Shown: one piece after another, positions 24,901-36,472 of the stretch
How positions within the stretch are numbered: the first letter of the stretch is position 1
Layout: each line of letters opens with the position of its first letter
From: Euprymna scolopes
Taxonomy: Eukaryota
NCBI GenBank assembly: GCA_053919585.1
Contig: CM132808.1
Reading direction: 5' to 3' (one strand)
DNA: 64,000 nt
Translations under genes and position numbers: made by a program
The notes under the pieces: generated by a model
Database searches by the model: none
What the model saw: only the letters and a program-made list of their open reading frames with translations
What the model was told of the DNA's origin: nothing

Positions 24901-26240
24901 CCGTATTATATGTCTTTACCTCAATTAACCACCCCATCAGGTCTGATACTATGGAGGACACATCCTTTTTAAACAGGGAACGCAGAGGTAGATCTTATAT
25001 AAATGTGCGGAAGCTATCCTTGGATTAAGCATTAAGGACGCTGTCCTATCAGCAGGTGGAATGCATTGGGGCTGCCTATTGCCATTTCGTGAATGGATTC
25101 CGGACCATGCAGTGGCTGCTGGTAGCGCTTCTCGATACCATAACAGTGGGAAATTGTTACGGCTTTCCCTTATCATGTGCTACAAAAAATATTTATTTCT
25201 TCATTTGTTTTTCTCTCTTACTTTCCCACTCTGTCCTGCTCTAAGCAAGTCTGTCGACCTGTTCAACAATTCTCAAACCACCATCATGAAAATTTTCTAC
25301 GATTAAAACTAGATCTCTAATATCCAATGTTGATCCCCACTATCATGTTACCTTCTCCAACATCAGGGATCTACGTTCCAACCTTACAGAATTGGAGACC
25401 AAATTACAGGAGACTACACCAGATCTATTATTCCTAAGTATAACTGTCATTCGGCCGATTATTTCCCTAGATGAGTTCGTTATTAAAGGATACTCTAACA
25501 TAACTTCCAAATCTGATCCCCAAGATCGTCATGAGCATGGAATATTATTAACATTACATTAACTACATTAAAGATCGCTTTCCAGAGAATGTCCTAAATT
25601 ATGTGTTTCCGGGTTACACTTGCACTTGCTTAGACTACTGCGTTTATATTTGCTTTCTATCGCCCCCACAACAGCGGAGTTACTATCCTGCCTGCTCATC
25701 CTTCGGCCAATATTCACGTCTGTGGGGACTTCAAAGTTCACAACGTGGAATGATTAACCCACTCAAACAAGACAGATGGTGATGAGAGATTCTGTCATTT
25801 ATCCATTGCTTATGAGCTCACTCAGATTGTTCACGAACCCACCCGTGTGCCCGACACTGATGGCCAGTATGCAAGTCTCCTAGACTTGCTTTCGCAACTT
25901 GCTTTGAGCTATATTCATTTTCCGTTCTGTCCCCACTGGGATTTTCCGACCACTTTGTTGTACCAATTAAGATGAAAACGAAAGGTAATAAGTCCTGAGA
26001 CGTACCTCTCCATCGATACACTATGGCGGACTAGGATAGCTTCCGTACATTTACGTCAGATCTACCTCTGCGTTCCATGTTTAAAATAGATGTGTCTTCT
26101 ATCAGTACCGGTATCAGACCCGACGGAATCGTTAATTTTAGGTATAGACTGTTCCATTCCCTCGAAAAAATTCAAGCAAAAACCTTACAACCAGCCCTGG
26201 TTCTCTCCAGAATGTGCTGCTGCCATTGTGCACAGAAACG
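24900..26240 (+). mobile_element. CR1-type LINE 5' part / APE endonuclease remnant, opposite strand to the adjacent RT half
   Basis: FSNIRDLRSN, IHVCGDFKVHN.EW, LTQIVHEPTRVPD, PLGFSDH, KPYNQPWFSPECAAAIVHRN, collinear with 48850-49780. Confidence 0.85.
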
Positions 26241-27003
26241 TTATTCAGAATTTTATTCAAAAACTTTATTACGAAACGTTATTCAGAAACTTTATTAAGA
26301 AACGTTATTCAGAATTTTATTCAGAAACTTTATTACGAAACGTTATTCAAAATTTTATTCAGAAACTTTATTCAGAAACGTTATTCAGAAACTTTATTAC
26401 GAAACGTTATTCAGAAACGTTATTCAGAAACTTTATTATGAAACATTATTCAGAATTTTATTCAGAAACTTTATTCAGAAACTTTATTCGGAAACTTTAT
26501 TCAGAAACTTTATTACGAAACGTTATTCAGAATTTTATTCAGAAACGTTATTCAAAAACTTTATTCAGAAACTTTATTCAGAATTTTATTCAGAAACTTT
26601 ATTCAGAAACGTTATTCAGAAACTTTATTACGAAACGTTATTCAGAAACGTTATTCAGAAACTTTATTCGGAAACTTTATTAAGAAGCTTTATTCAGAAA
26701 CTTTATTCAGAAACTTTATTCAGAATTTTATTCAGAAACTTTATTCAGAATTTTATTCAGAAACTTTATTCAGAAACTTTATTCAGAAACTTTATTCAGA
26801 AACGTTATTAAACTTTATTCAGAAACGTTATTCAGAAACATTATTCATGAAATTTATTTAGAAACCTTATTCAGAAACTTTATTCAGAAACGTTATTCAG
26901 AAACTTTATTACGAAACGTTATTCAGAAACGTTATTCAGAAACTTTATTCGGAAACTTTATTAAGAAGCTTTATTCAGAAACTTTATTCAGAAACTTTAT
27001 TCA
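26233..27003. repeat. 12-13-bp minisatellite (TTATTCAGAAACT / TTATTCAGAAACG / TTATTCAGAATT / TTATTACGAAACG)
   Basis: About 60 tandem units are directly visible. Confidence 0.95.
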
Positions 27004-28086
27004 TTCAATATTAAATGTTATTCTCACAACGTGTGTCGAACTCTTAAAAGCATTTTGTCGAACATAGGAATTTGTAAGAAATCGCGAATGACACCCTTAA
27101 AAGATTCCTGAGTTCGAAAATGCAGCTGATTAATCCACACTTTAATATAACCTGTATAAAACTACTTTTGGAAATGTTAGTAATCCTTACGCTCTTCACG
27201 GCTAGTGATGACAGACTTATCTTTGAGGGCAGAGGTTGCACTTTAGAGCAAACCATTCCTCTCCGGCACCTCTCTTACGTAATCGGCATGGAAGGATTAT
27301 ATTTCAACCTCATCACCTGGTTTATGTAGTAAGATGTGGTAAATTCTGAGTGGGCGATGGTATTCCTCATTCGAGCACGTCTACATGTGTTTATAGAAAA
27401 TCCCATCATGGCAGCGATGGCTTTTCTTGTTAGCAGCCTCGTTTTAATCTTTCACACATCGTTATGAAATCGGAACATAATAAGAAATGTATTTGCCTGC
27501 GCTTCTATTTAGATTTGTATGCACAATTCATAGACTTGTTTAGAGCTTAATTAAAATCATAAAAGGTAAGCAGTAACGACAACTAAGGAAAGAATAAGAT
27601 AACATAAAAGGTGTTTTGGTAATTGAGAAAGACAGGGTGAAAGTGAAATATAGTGAGGAGAAGATGGATAAAGTATATGGCTGGTTTGTTAGAAGTATAG
27701 CGAGGGAGTGTAAGAGGATATAGGGTGAATTAGGACATTCAAGAGATACATTGAGATAAATAGACGATTGAAGAGAACTATGTATAGGAGTATTATTTCA
27801 AAAAGATAGGAGGTTTAAAGGAGATTAAGAGAGATAGAGAGTATTTAAAATGGGTTGACAGAGAGTATTTAAAATGGGTTCACAGATAGGGAGATATTAA
27901 GGTTTAATGGAAAGACAAAGAGAATAGGAAAGAAAGAGAAAACACACCTGCATAGGTAAATAATTAATGCGGATGTTAAAAGATTAAAAGAAACGAGATA
28001 TAGTAGTTTCAAGAGAGAAACAATTAAATTAAATATGAGATTGAAAGATAATAGGAAAGAATTAAAGATATGGACTATGAACAGGA

Positions 28087-28148
<62 letters not shown>

Positions 28149-28360
28149 TTAATAAAACTATAAAACAGATTTTTTGTGGTTGTGTGTCTATTTGTGCATG
28201 TGTGTGCCTCGCCTATACGAAACTTAGATAAATACGCAGAATGTTTTTTTTTCTTTATATAAGAATAAACAATAAAAGTTGAATATTTTTAAAAATATAC
28301 ATTTTCGTTTCCTTTTTCTCGGTTTACGTACACACGCGCACACAAACACACAGACACACA

Positions 28361-28404
<44 letters not shown>

Positions 28405-28644
28405 AGTTAAATCTAGACAACGGTTTACCCCACTAGATTACAAAAACATATTCATTTGTACAGTATACTAGTTATACAATAGAAATTAGAAGTTTTATAA
28501 ATGAAAGCGTATTTACAAACTTAATTTTAAGTTATCTGTTTTACCATCCATCAAGATTAGCCTATCAATCGATTAGAATGAAAATATATACCTATATAAG
28601 CATTCATATGATTTCCGAGAATACACACACACATATATATATCA

Positions 28645-29365
28645 ATAATATAAAGCTGAACGTCTGTGTGTGTGTCTGGTCACGACTAGGCTCCTATATG
28701 GTTGACTATTATAGAAAACTGATCACATATAATGATAGACGATGTATCGAGACATAGGAATGAGTATGTTAGATCTGGCATAATGATGATTCATTAAAAT
28801 TGTGGGGTCTGTGTACGCGCCTGGTCCACAAAGTATGGAAATAAAAAATTAAAAAATTAAAAAAAAACGTTTACAAGTGTTTTGATATAGATGTACATAA
28901 TAGTACTTGATAAGTATGTTTTAACTTAAATAGGGATGGTATAATAAAATTGTGGGGTCTGCGTTTGCGCCTGGCCTCCATAGAATGGAAATAGGCACAA
29001 ACTTTAATAAAGACTTTTCATATCTATCTGCGTAAGTATACTTTGATAATTATGTTTCGGTTTGAAGAAATATGGTATAATAAAATTATGGAGTGTTCGT
29101 TCGCGCCTGACCTCCATAGATTGAAAATATGCCACAAAGTTTAACAAGGTTTTTTTTAAATATAGATCCACAGAATATTGTGATAAGTGTTTCAGTGTGA
29201 ACAGGTATGGTATAATAAATTATGGGGTTTATCTATTTTATTTTTACTTTCATCATATTTTGCTTTGGATTTGATACCCCCAAATTCGAAGCTATCTCTT
29301 TACAACCCTTCCTTTTCATAACCTATCATACTTTCATAAATCAGAGTCCATTTTTTGTAGGCTGT
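28645..29365 (+). mobile_element. Non-autonomous Helitron-like repeat with internal ~130-bp subrepeats (copy 1 of 3)
   Basis: Starts TATAAAGCTGAACGTCTGTGTGTG. Internal TGGTATAATAAAATTGTGGGGTCTG..CGCCTGG..CCATAGAATGGAAAT subrepeats. Closely similar to 61865-62595. Confidence 0.7.
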
Positions 29366-29869
29366 TGATATGAATTAATATATATATATATATATACATG
29401 TGCCTGTATTTGTGTGTGTGTGTGTGTGTCTGTCTGTCTGTCGTTGAGGTTAGCGAAAGAGAACTTCAGCAACGCGTCCGATTATACAGAAACTCCAAAA
29501 ATATGTAATATTTTTCATACACGTATTAAAGAAAATAAGAACAATCTAATTAACATCGATTCTAAATCCAAAGAAAGGGAACCTCCGTTTAGCCTCATAT
29601 TTCGTACTCCCTTCAGTTTCTGTTTATGTCTGTCTCTTGGGAAAATTGTGATTCTCCCTTCATGATACTCCAGTAGATGAAATGATAGGTTTCAGTTCGA
29701 CAAAAAAAATCCAGAGTTTGATAAGGTACATCTGAACGACCGAATCGTTGTGACAGTAATACTCAATGTGACAACAGTAGTCTCTAGAATTCAAATAATA
29801 TAGTTGTTCTTGTTAATGGCATGCAAAATCGGTAAACTACCGAGAAATAAATATAATTTTGATCAGGAA

Positions 29870-30350
29870 TAATAAAAAAACTTTAATCCACATTACATAA
29901 CAAATATGCAGGACGAATTCAAAGAATTTGTTACGTTATGGTTATAGATATGTTTACAAAGTGGGTAGATGCTGTCAAATATAGGAGACCTACGTGCAAA
30001 ATCATTATCAATCCTTTGACGATAAACTTGACAATATTTTGTATGCCAAATAAAATTTTTTCTGATGTATGGAAATCAATTTACGTCACGAATATTTAGA
30101 GATTTCTATAAAAAAAAGTTACAATTTGTTGCATGATAACCACTATGTGTCATTCGAGATCAAATTTGCAATAAGATCTATTGTTGATGAGTTAAAGTGC
30201 GCATTGAAAAACTAAGGTAGAACTGAAACTGTTGTGAAAAGAATTTTTTTTAGTATATTGCATAACGCCATGGCCTACTAATATGCACGGTCGCCTATGT
30301 CCCATGAAAGCGCATTTTTCTAAGAGACCATAGTTTCTATTACAGAATGC
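29870..30350 (+). mobile_element. Ty3/gypsy integrase remnant
   Basis: Decayed DMFTKWVDA, SD.GNQFTS.IF.DF and H.RSN.Q...VDELKCALK motifs. Confidence 0.55.
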
Positions 30351-31345
30351 TTGGACCGCATAAAATGTTGAAAGTTTGCAAGGGAATACCTCAAAAGTCG
30401 TTTATATTAACTATTGAAATAATGACTAATAAACTTTTATTTAAATATTTTTACATTATTTTATTATAACAAAATACGTATAATTATCAATATAAATTGT
30501 TTTTCATCCCTTTAATTCATTCTACTTTGCAAAACGAATAACACTGAGTAGCCTCCCCCCCGCCTCCTTTGTTTTTTTTCAATGACTTAAGCGATCTTTG
30601 TTTATATACGTTCGTTTTGGATCGCAATAGATTGAGTCTATTACTTTTGTATCCGCTATAAATATTGTAAAAAAAATAAAAATCATATTTGGAATATTGT
30701 TTAAGCTTTGTTTTAAAGTGGTCTGTAAAGGGACATGTTAAAATACATGAAGTTAATTTACGATTAAATTAAAGTACTGAAATATGAATAATGACTAAAG
30801 AAGAAGCGCTCCAGCCCGGTAACAAGGCAACCTTTATGAATCTTAAACAAATAAGTAAGGAATTACAAAAAAGTAAAATTGCAAAACTGCTGGATGTGTA
30901 ATAACGCAGCTGACAGCAATAATTGACCATGGTAACGTTGCAACTATCAATTTCGTGTATTGTATTTTGTTATATGTATTGTGTAAGTGAGAACAACAAA
31001 ACAGAAATATTGTTCAATTTTTATCATGTGTTTTAGTATATTTAATTAGCTATTGTGTGTATGGTGTCATATATTTATCAGACATTTATTGCCGACATTA
31101 TATTATGTAGTGTTCATTAGCTCAGTGAACAAGTTGCCATATATCTCCTGAACATCTATAAAATACCAATGAAATACAACTTTATAATATGTTATATGTN
31201 NNNNNNNNNNNNNNNNNNNNNNNNNNNNNNNNNNNNNNNNNNNNNNNNNNNNNNNNNNNNNNNNNNNNNNNNNNNNNNNNNNNNNNNNNNNNNNNNNNNN
31301 NNNNNNNNNNNNNNNNNNNNNNNNNNNNNNNNNNNNNNNNNNNNN

Positions 31346-31440
31346 ATACATGTTTCGGGGCCCTACCCGTCTTCAGCGTAGCTTGATTGTTATTAGGACT
31401 CGAACCCTGGACCTTATGTATTTTAGTGCAGCGTCTTCCA
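31346..31440 (-). ncRNA. tRNA-like B box followed by a hammerhead motif (HHR-bearing SINE-like element, cut by an assembly gap)
   Basis: On -: GGTTCGAGTCC (31396-31406), then CTGAAGA-c-GGG-taggg-CCCC-GAAA-CATGTA with palindromic helix III ACATGT and a GUA site. Confidence 0.65.
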
Positions 31441-31551
31441 TAGAGGATTTACTGTTTAGTTTTTATCGTTTATATATTTACGTAGTTTTTGTTGTGTATC
31501 TTTTTTAAACGATATTGAGGTTAGCGTTAGTATATATGAAAATGAACACCT

Positions 31552-31849
31552 AAAATAGATAAATGGTTATCAACGTTTCGCCCCTATTTCAGGAGACATC
31601 ATTAGGATTGAGTTAAAAAAAATCTGAGGAAACAGGTTACAGACCACATGCGAGTGAAGAGGGAAAGAATTTTGCGTTGTTTCTTACTCTGAGAAATGAT
31701 TTATAAACGGTCTTCAGAGTAGTAAGGAACATAATGCTCCTTCTTCACTTGCAGGTTGTTTGTAACATTTTTCCTTAGCATTTTTTAACTCAATCCTGAT
31801 GATGTCCCCTGAAATAGGGGCGAAACGTTGATAACCATTTATCTATTTT
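31552..31849. repeat. ~300-bp fold-back palindrome with an HHR motif in each arm
   Basis: Arms are reverse complements. Right arm 31793-31832: ATC-CTGATGA-tgtCCCCTgaaatAGGGGc-GAAA-CGTT-GAT. The left-arm core is mutated to CTAATGA. Confidence 0.85.
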
Positions 31850-31864
31850 TAAGATCAACCACCA

Positions 31865-31925
<61 letters not shown>

Positions 31926-31929
<4 letters not shown>

Positions 31930-32075
31930 TGTGTGTGTGTGTGTTTACAAGGGTTGTTTCAAAAGTAAAGGCGCCCATCTTTTTAATTATATATATATAT
32001 AGTGTTGTGTGTGTGTGTGTGTGTGTGTTTACAAGGGTTGTTTCAAAAGTAAAGGCGCCCATCTTTTTAATTAAA
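31926..32075 (+). repeat. Tandem duplication of a mariner-like TIR start (TACAAGGGTTGTTTCAAAAGTAAAGGCGCCC) with (GT)n
   Basis: An identical segment of about 60 bp occurs twice; a related sequence lies at 32222. Confidence 0.6.
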
Positions 32076-32383
32076 AAATTGGAAAAGCTACGAAGCCAAG
32101 AGCGGTACGCAATTTATATTTTCTACATAGTCACCAATGTTTTCGATATACATCATTTTCAATGCGTTTTTGCCAGTGATGAACGGTGGTTGTGCATTTA
32201 CGTCTGAAGAGCGCTTTGTCACCGAGGGTCGTTCTAAAAGTAAAACCGAAACTCAATTTAAAATAGCACGTGCGAGAACGCAATGGAAGATGTAAAGGTA
32301 GTTGAAAAAAGCAGATAGTACTAGAAATTTTAAGGGACTTCATATTTTTTGGATTATTGGGACTATTGTTCTCATCTTGTTTT

Positions 32384-32425
32384 CACAATATTTCGGCCGA
32401 TGTAACCTCTGACCTTCTTCAAGTG
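32384..32425 (-). ncRNA. Degenerate minimal HHR motif (PLE-type)
   Basis: On -: CAC-TTGAAGA-aGGTC..GGCC-GAAA-TATT-GTG, with C3 mutated. A more decayed relative is at ~36835-36875. Confidence 0.45.
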
Positions 32426-32559
32426 TATCCTGTCGAACTTGAGGAAACTCAAACTACGGATAACACTACGGGCCGTTTTGTTGTGAGTAATCGTGATAAT
32501 TTGTGTGAGAACTCTGGTGAGTCAAGAATGCAAATGAATTACTATAGAAAGACATGGAA

Positions 32560-32960
32560 TATCCATTACTATTCTTAGTATGATTTCAGCCGTTTTCGTA
32601 ATTGTTATCCATTTTATATTCTCAGACATCTTTCTGATTCCAATCTCTACCGTTCTTTTTCAAAGTTTTTCGGTATTGTTCCTAGTGCTCCTACTATTAG
32701 TGGTGTTATCTGAACTTTCTTTATCTTCCATATTCCTTTGAGCTTTCTGGCCAGTTTCGTGTATTTGCTGTGCTTCTCCGTCTCCTTGATATTCACTCTG
32801 CTGTCTTTACAATCTGGCAGGACTTTTTCTTCTTCTTCTTCTTCTTCTTCTTCTTTTTCTTTTTGTTGTTGTTGTTGTTGTTGTTTTGCTTTATCTTTTT
32901 CTTCCTTTTCTTACTCATAACTTTTGTTAATCCAGCCAATCTGTTCATACATGCTGCGTT
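32560..32960 (-). mobile_element. R4/Dong-like non-LTR element, C-terminal restriction-like endonuclease remnant, interrupted by (GAA)n/(CAA)n
   Basis: D.RVNIKETEKHSKYTKLARKLKGIWKIKKVQITPLIVGALGTIPKN motif. Confidence 0.75.
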
Positions 32961-33387
32961 TTTGTTTAGTTTTGATCGTCGACTCACCAGTCGTTTCAAC
33001 CAATGAAAATACTACGTCCTTAAATCCAACACGGTACCAGCGTTCAAAGAGTTTAGCCATTCGCTTGTACGGCGTTTCTTTCGCAATGCATAAGCGCTGT
33101 TATCATATGCGTGTTGAATACGAGAGCTGCAACGTTGCTATGGCAACGGACAGTACCGCCCATTTTCCGCACATGGAAACGGCATCGTGACTGGGCACCT
33201 CACACAACTGACGTCATCAGATATGATCAGATTAAATTGCACCTGCTGATAGTATGACGACTTTAGCCAGTATTTATTCACACTAAGGGTTTCTCATTAT
33301 GTTGTTATCCTTGCTGATTGCCGATAGTCAGTAAATCACATTAGTGATAAGCTTACTGTTTAATAATTGCCGTTTTAGCATCGTATG

Positions 33388-33742
33388 TTTTTTTTTACAA
33401 GGGTGTCACCACTTATCAAGGCCCAGAGGCCACTCGAGGATAAGGGTTAATAGGTATACATTAGTCATTGTGATTTTAGCATAGTAAACAGTGGGAATTT
33501 TGAAACTTGGATTACTTAGGGGGACGATTCAATTAGAACTTGTTCACATTGGACTTTTTCTTTTTTTTTTTCATAGGTATCAACTCATTATCAAGGCCAA
33601 GAGGCCACTCAACGATAAGGGTTAAAGAGTGTACAGTAGAAATTGGACAATATAATAATCATTAGTAATGAAAATTTGTTAAATTTGATAACTTATATGG
33701 AACGGCTCATCAAGAACTTATTTACGTTAGACTTGAAGACAA
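33388..33742 (-). mobile_element. Two head-to-tail 5'-truncated CR1 3' ends
   Basis: Each copy begins (on +) with poly-T followed by TTATCAAGGCC.AGAGGCCACTC..GATAAGGGTT and ends in the FKSNVNK-coding region. Confidence 0.75.
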
Positions 33743-34919
33743 CCATCACGCATATAGTTTGCAATTATATTTTACCATCGGTGTGTACCGATTATTTTAG
33801 TTTAGAAACTCAATGCTAGTTAAATAGTACAACAGAGTATATAAAAATAAATAAATAATGATATAGCTACATTCCAAGTTCCAAAGTTTTATTTATCCTA
33901 GCAATTTAATTCTTTCAATTTACAAAACTTCCGTATAGACCTGTTTCGTTGCGCAGAAACAATCCATTATTTTTATGTCAATATTAGAGTTTTTTTCATT
34001 ACGTAGACTCTTTAGAAAGAAATAGGCATGGCCATGTATAGTTGGGAAATTTTTTAGAACAATTAACATTGCATATCTATTTTAGTTAAAAGTAAAGCTA
34101 TCCGAAATTTTTCGTATGGCTAAATAGTGTTTCCAAGTGGTTCTTTATTTATAAATGAATATATTATATAAACATTTTATTCTATTAAAATTAATAATTA
34201 TTGTCTATTCCACGTTAACTTGGCTTTATTAACCACAGATTTTTTTTAGGTTGTGGATACAAAACTAAAACTTAACATTTTAAAACCGTCTGTAACGTTC
34301 TAATGGTAGCCATATTGCTTGTATAAACGACGCAAAACTGTCCTATTTTTTACTTTTTCGTAAAACTTTAAACTGTTGGGTATTTTACTAATAGTTGCAA
34401 TTCAAAATAATTCTACTTAAATCATACTATATTATTTAATATAAATTATTTAGGATCAATTATACTTGAATAAGCATTGCAGGTAGTAAATATTTATTTA
34501 AGTTATCGTTATTTATCAACACCGTTTTAGAAAACTAATCCACATTATAAATTTAAATAATTTCTTCCCTTTCAATTTAAATATAACTTCATATACTTAT
34601 TTAAGCTATATTTTTATATACGATTAATATAGTTCACACTTTATCCATACTAATTTATGTAATCATAACATATTTTTATTAGATTTCATATCTATAATGC
34701 AATAGTTTCAAACATTAAGTTCATATCTATATTAGTTTGTTAGTTTAATATATTATGCTAAGATGTATACTTTTTTTTCATGAAATCTGAATTAATTACA
34801 GATTTAGCACCTATATTAATATTAAATTGAAATTAATTTATAAATCTCTAGTACTTTACACCCTTTTATTTTTTTAAAGAACAACTAATATATATAAATA
34901 TCTAATTTTGATCTATCTA

Positions 34920-35333
34920 GTCTGGTTTTGGACGGGAGAGCACATACTTAGTTTTACGCAGAAAATTTTGGATTATTTTTGGTCTTTTATTTTCCTTAGA
35001 TATTGGTATATGATGTGATTCGATGATGTACAGGTTAAACCATTTAGATTTACTTGGTGTATATTTTCTTGCACTTCCTAATATTGACTATTTCAATTTA
35101 TACTCTGCGTTATTTCTACGTAGTTCCCTTACCCAACAGCTGAAGTTATTGAGGTCGTACTAGTTTCTTCGTTGGGTATTTTAAATGATGCTATGTGGTT
35201 ACGGTATCTTCCTTGAACCGGCATTCATCGACCCTATGTATTTTCTTGTTCTATTATTTTCAATGACTTCGCAGTCATTGAAAATAATAGAACAAGTAAA
35301 TACATAGGGTCGATGAATGTCGGTTCAAGGAAG

Positions 35334-35383
<50 letters not shown>

Positions 35384-35760
35384 GATATCAGAAATAGGGG
35401 ACATTTATCTTCTAAAGCAGCATTCATGTTCAGATCGGAGCTATATGTGCTTATTATTTTGGTTTTAAAATTGTTATGCCTCGGACTGCACATCGCCATG
35501 TTAAATAATATAACCTTTGATAGTATTCTAATCCGAACCTTTCCTCTACTTAGTTCATTTGTCTCATAGATAAGGTTATTAATTCCATCATGATATCTTT
35601 GTCTAGCCAATGCTTTGTTCTAATATTTGTTCGGAATTAAAATTTTATTTACTGAGTATGGGTTATTAGATTTGTAGTAAAGGCAATTAAATGTTTGATT
35701 CGGTTTATGGTATGTATTGCTAATTTAGTTAAAGTAATATCAATAATTACTACCTTATGG
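34920..35760 (-). mobile_element. Penelope-like element remnant (RT thumb + GIY-YIG)
   Basis: TYHKPN..Y.KSN.P, and KYIGS...F..RYRNHIASFK....ST.L motifs. Confidence 0.7.
35205..35336. repeat. 132-nt near-perfect hairpin (64-bp arms, 4-nt loop)
   Basis: ...CAATGACT-TCGC-AGTCATTG...; only two non-Watson-Crick positions. Confidence 0.95.
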
Positions 35761-35761
35761 T

Positions 35762-36035
35762 AGTACGGCATAATCATGTTGACACACCGGTTCCCGCTGG
35801 ATCACCGAAGTTAAGCAACGTTGAACCTGGTCAGTATTAAATGGGTGACCATTTGGGATTTCCAGGTGCTGTATGTGCTCTTCGCTTATTTCAGTATTGT
35901 TTCCAGTCGTCTTGAACTTCTCCTTGCCACTGGACTCAAACAGTGCCGATTCAGGAGAGGTGTGGTTGGTGATTGCGCAACCCTTGCCTCACAATTACAC
36001 GTGAAGCTGCATTTAGAGACTGAACGGAGGCATCG
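35762..36035 (+). mobile_element. 5S-rRNA-derived SINE (SINE3-like)
   Basis: TACGGCAT..GATCACCGAAGTTAAGCAAC..CCTGGTCAGTATT..ATGGGTGACC..TGGGA..CCAGGTGCTGTA is a diverged 5S head. There is no T-run terminator, and the body is shared with 10885-11120. Confidence 0.8.
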
Positions 36036-36039
36036 ATGG

Positions 36040-36472
36040 TTCATGTTAAAATACACATATTTTATAAAAATATGATTAGATTTTATTTTAAACATTAATC
36101 TTTTACTTATTAATTTCGGATAGTAAAATATCCATCATCTGTGAAGAAAAACAAATTCTATTGTAAATAACAAGTCTTGGCTCGTGTTGTTATATCGAAG
36201 CTTTCTAGAGATGATGTATCACGCTGTAGTATCGATAAAATAACTTTACTTTTAACTTTTTCATGCGTGGTCACGGTGGTGTAATGAGAATTTGCTCTTA
36301 GAAGCATCATCTCTAAAAAAATTTAAAGCAAAAGACACACCCTGTTCCGATGACGCAGGCTTTCAATAAAGTTCATTCTCTGATGATGGATATTTTACTA
36401 TCTGAAATTAATAAGAAAAGGTTAAGTTAAAAAAAATCTAATGATGTTTTTATAAAATATTTGCATTTGAAC
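36040..36472. repeat. ~430-bp fold-back palindrome with an HHR motif in each arm
   Basis: Arms are reverse complements along most of their length; the left-arm HHR core is mutated to CAGATGA. Confidence 0.8.
36376..36417 (+). ncRNA. Minimal type I hammerhead ribozyme with intact core
   Basis: TTCT-CTGATGA-tGGATAttttacTATCT-GAAA-TTA-ATA-AGAA: helix I TTCT/AGAA, helix II GGATA/TATCT, palindromic helix III ATTAAT, AUA site. Confidence 0.7.

Noticed and set aside
26090-26683. 197-aa ORF
   Set aside because: A short CR1 remnant reading through into the 13-bp minisatellite.
35762-35875. Functional 5S rRNA gene
   Set aside because: Diverged from the 5S pattern and from the other copies, lacks a T-run terminator, and is fused to a repeated body.
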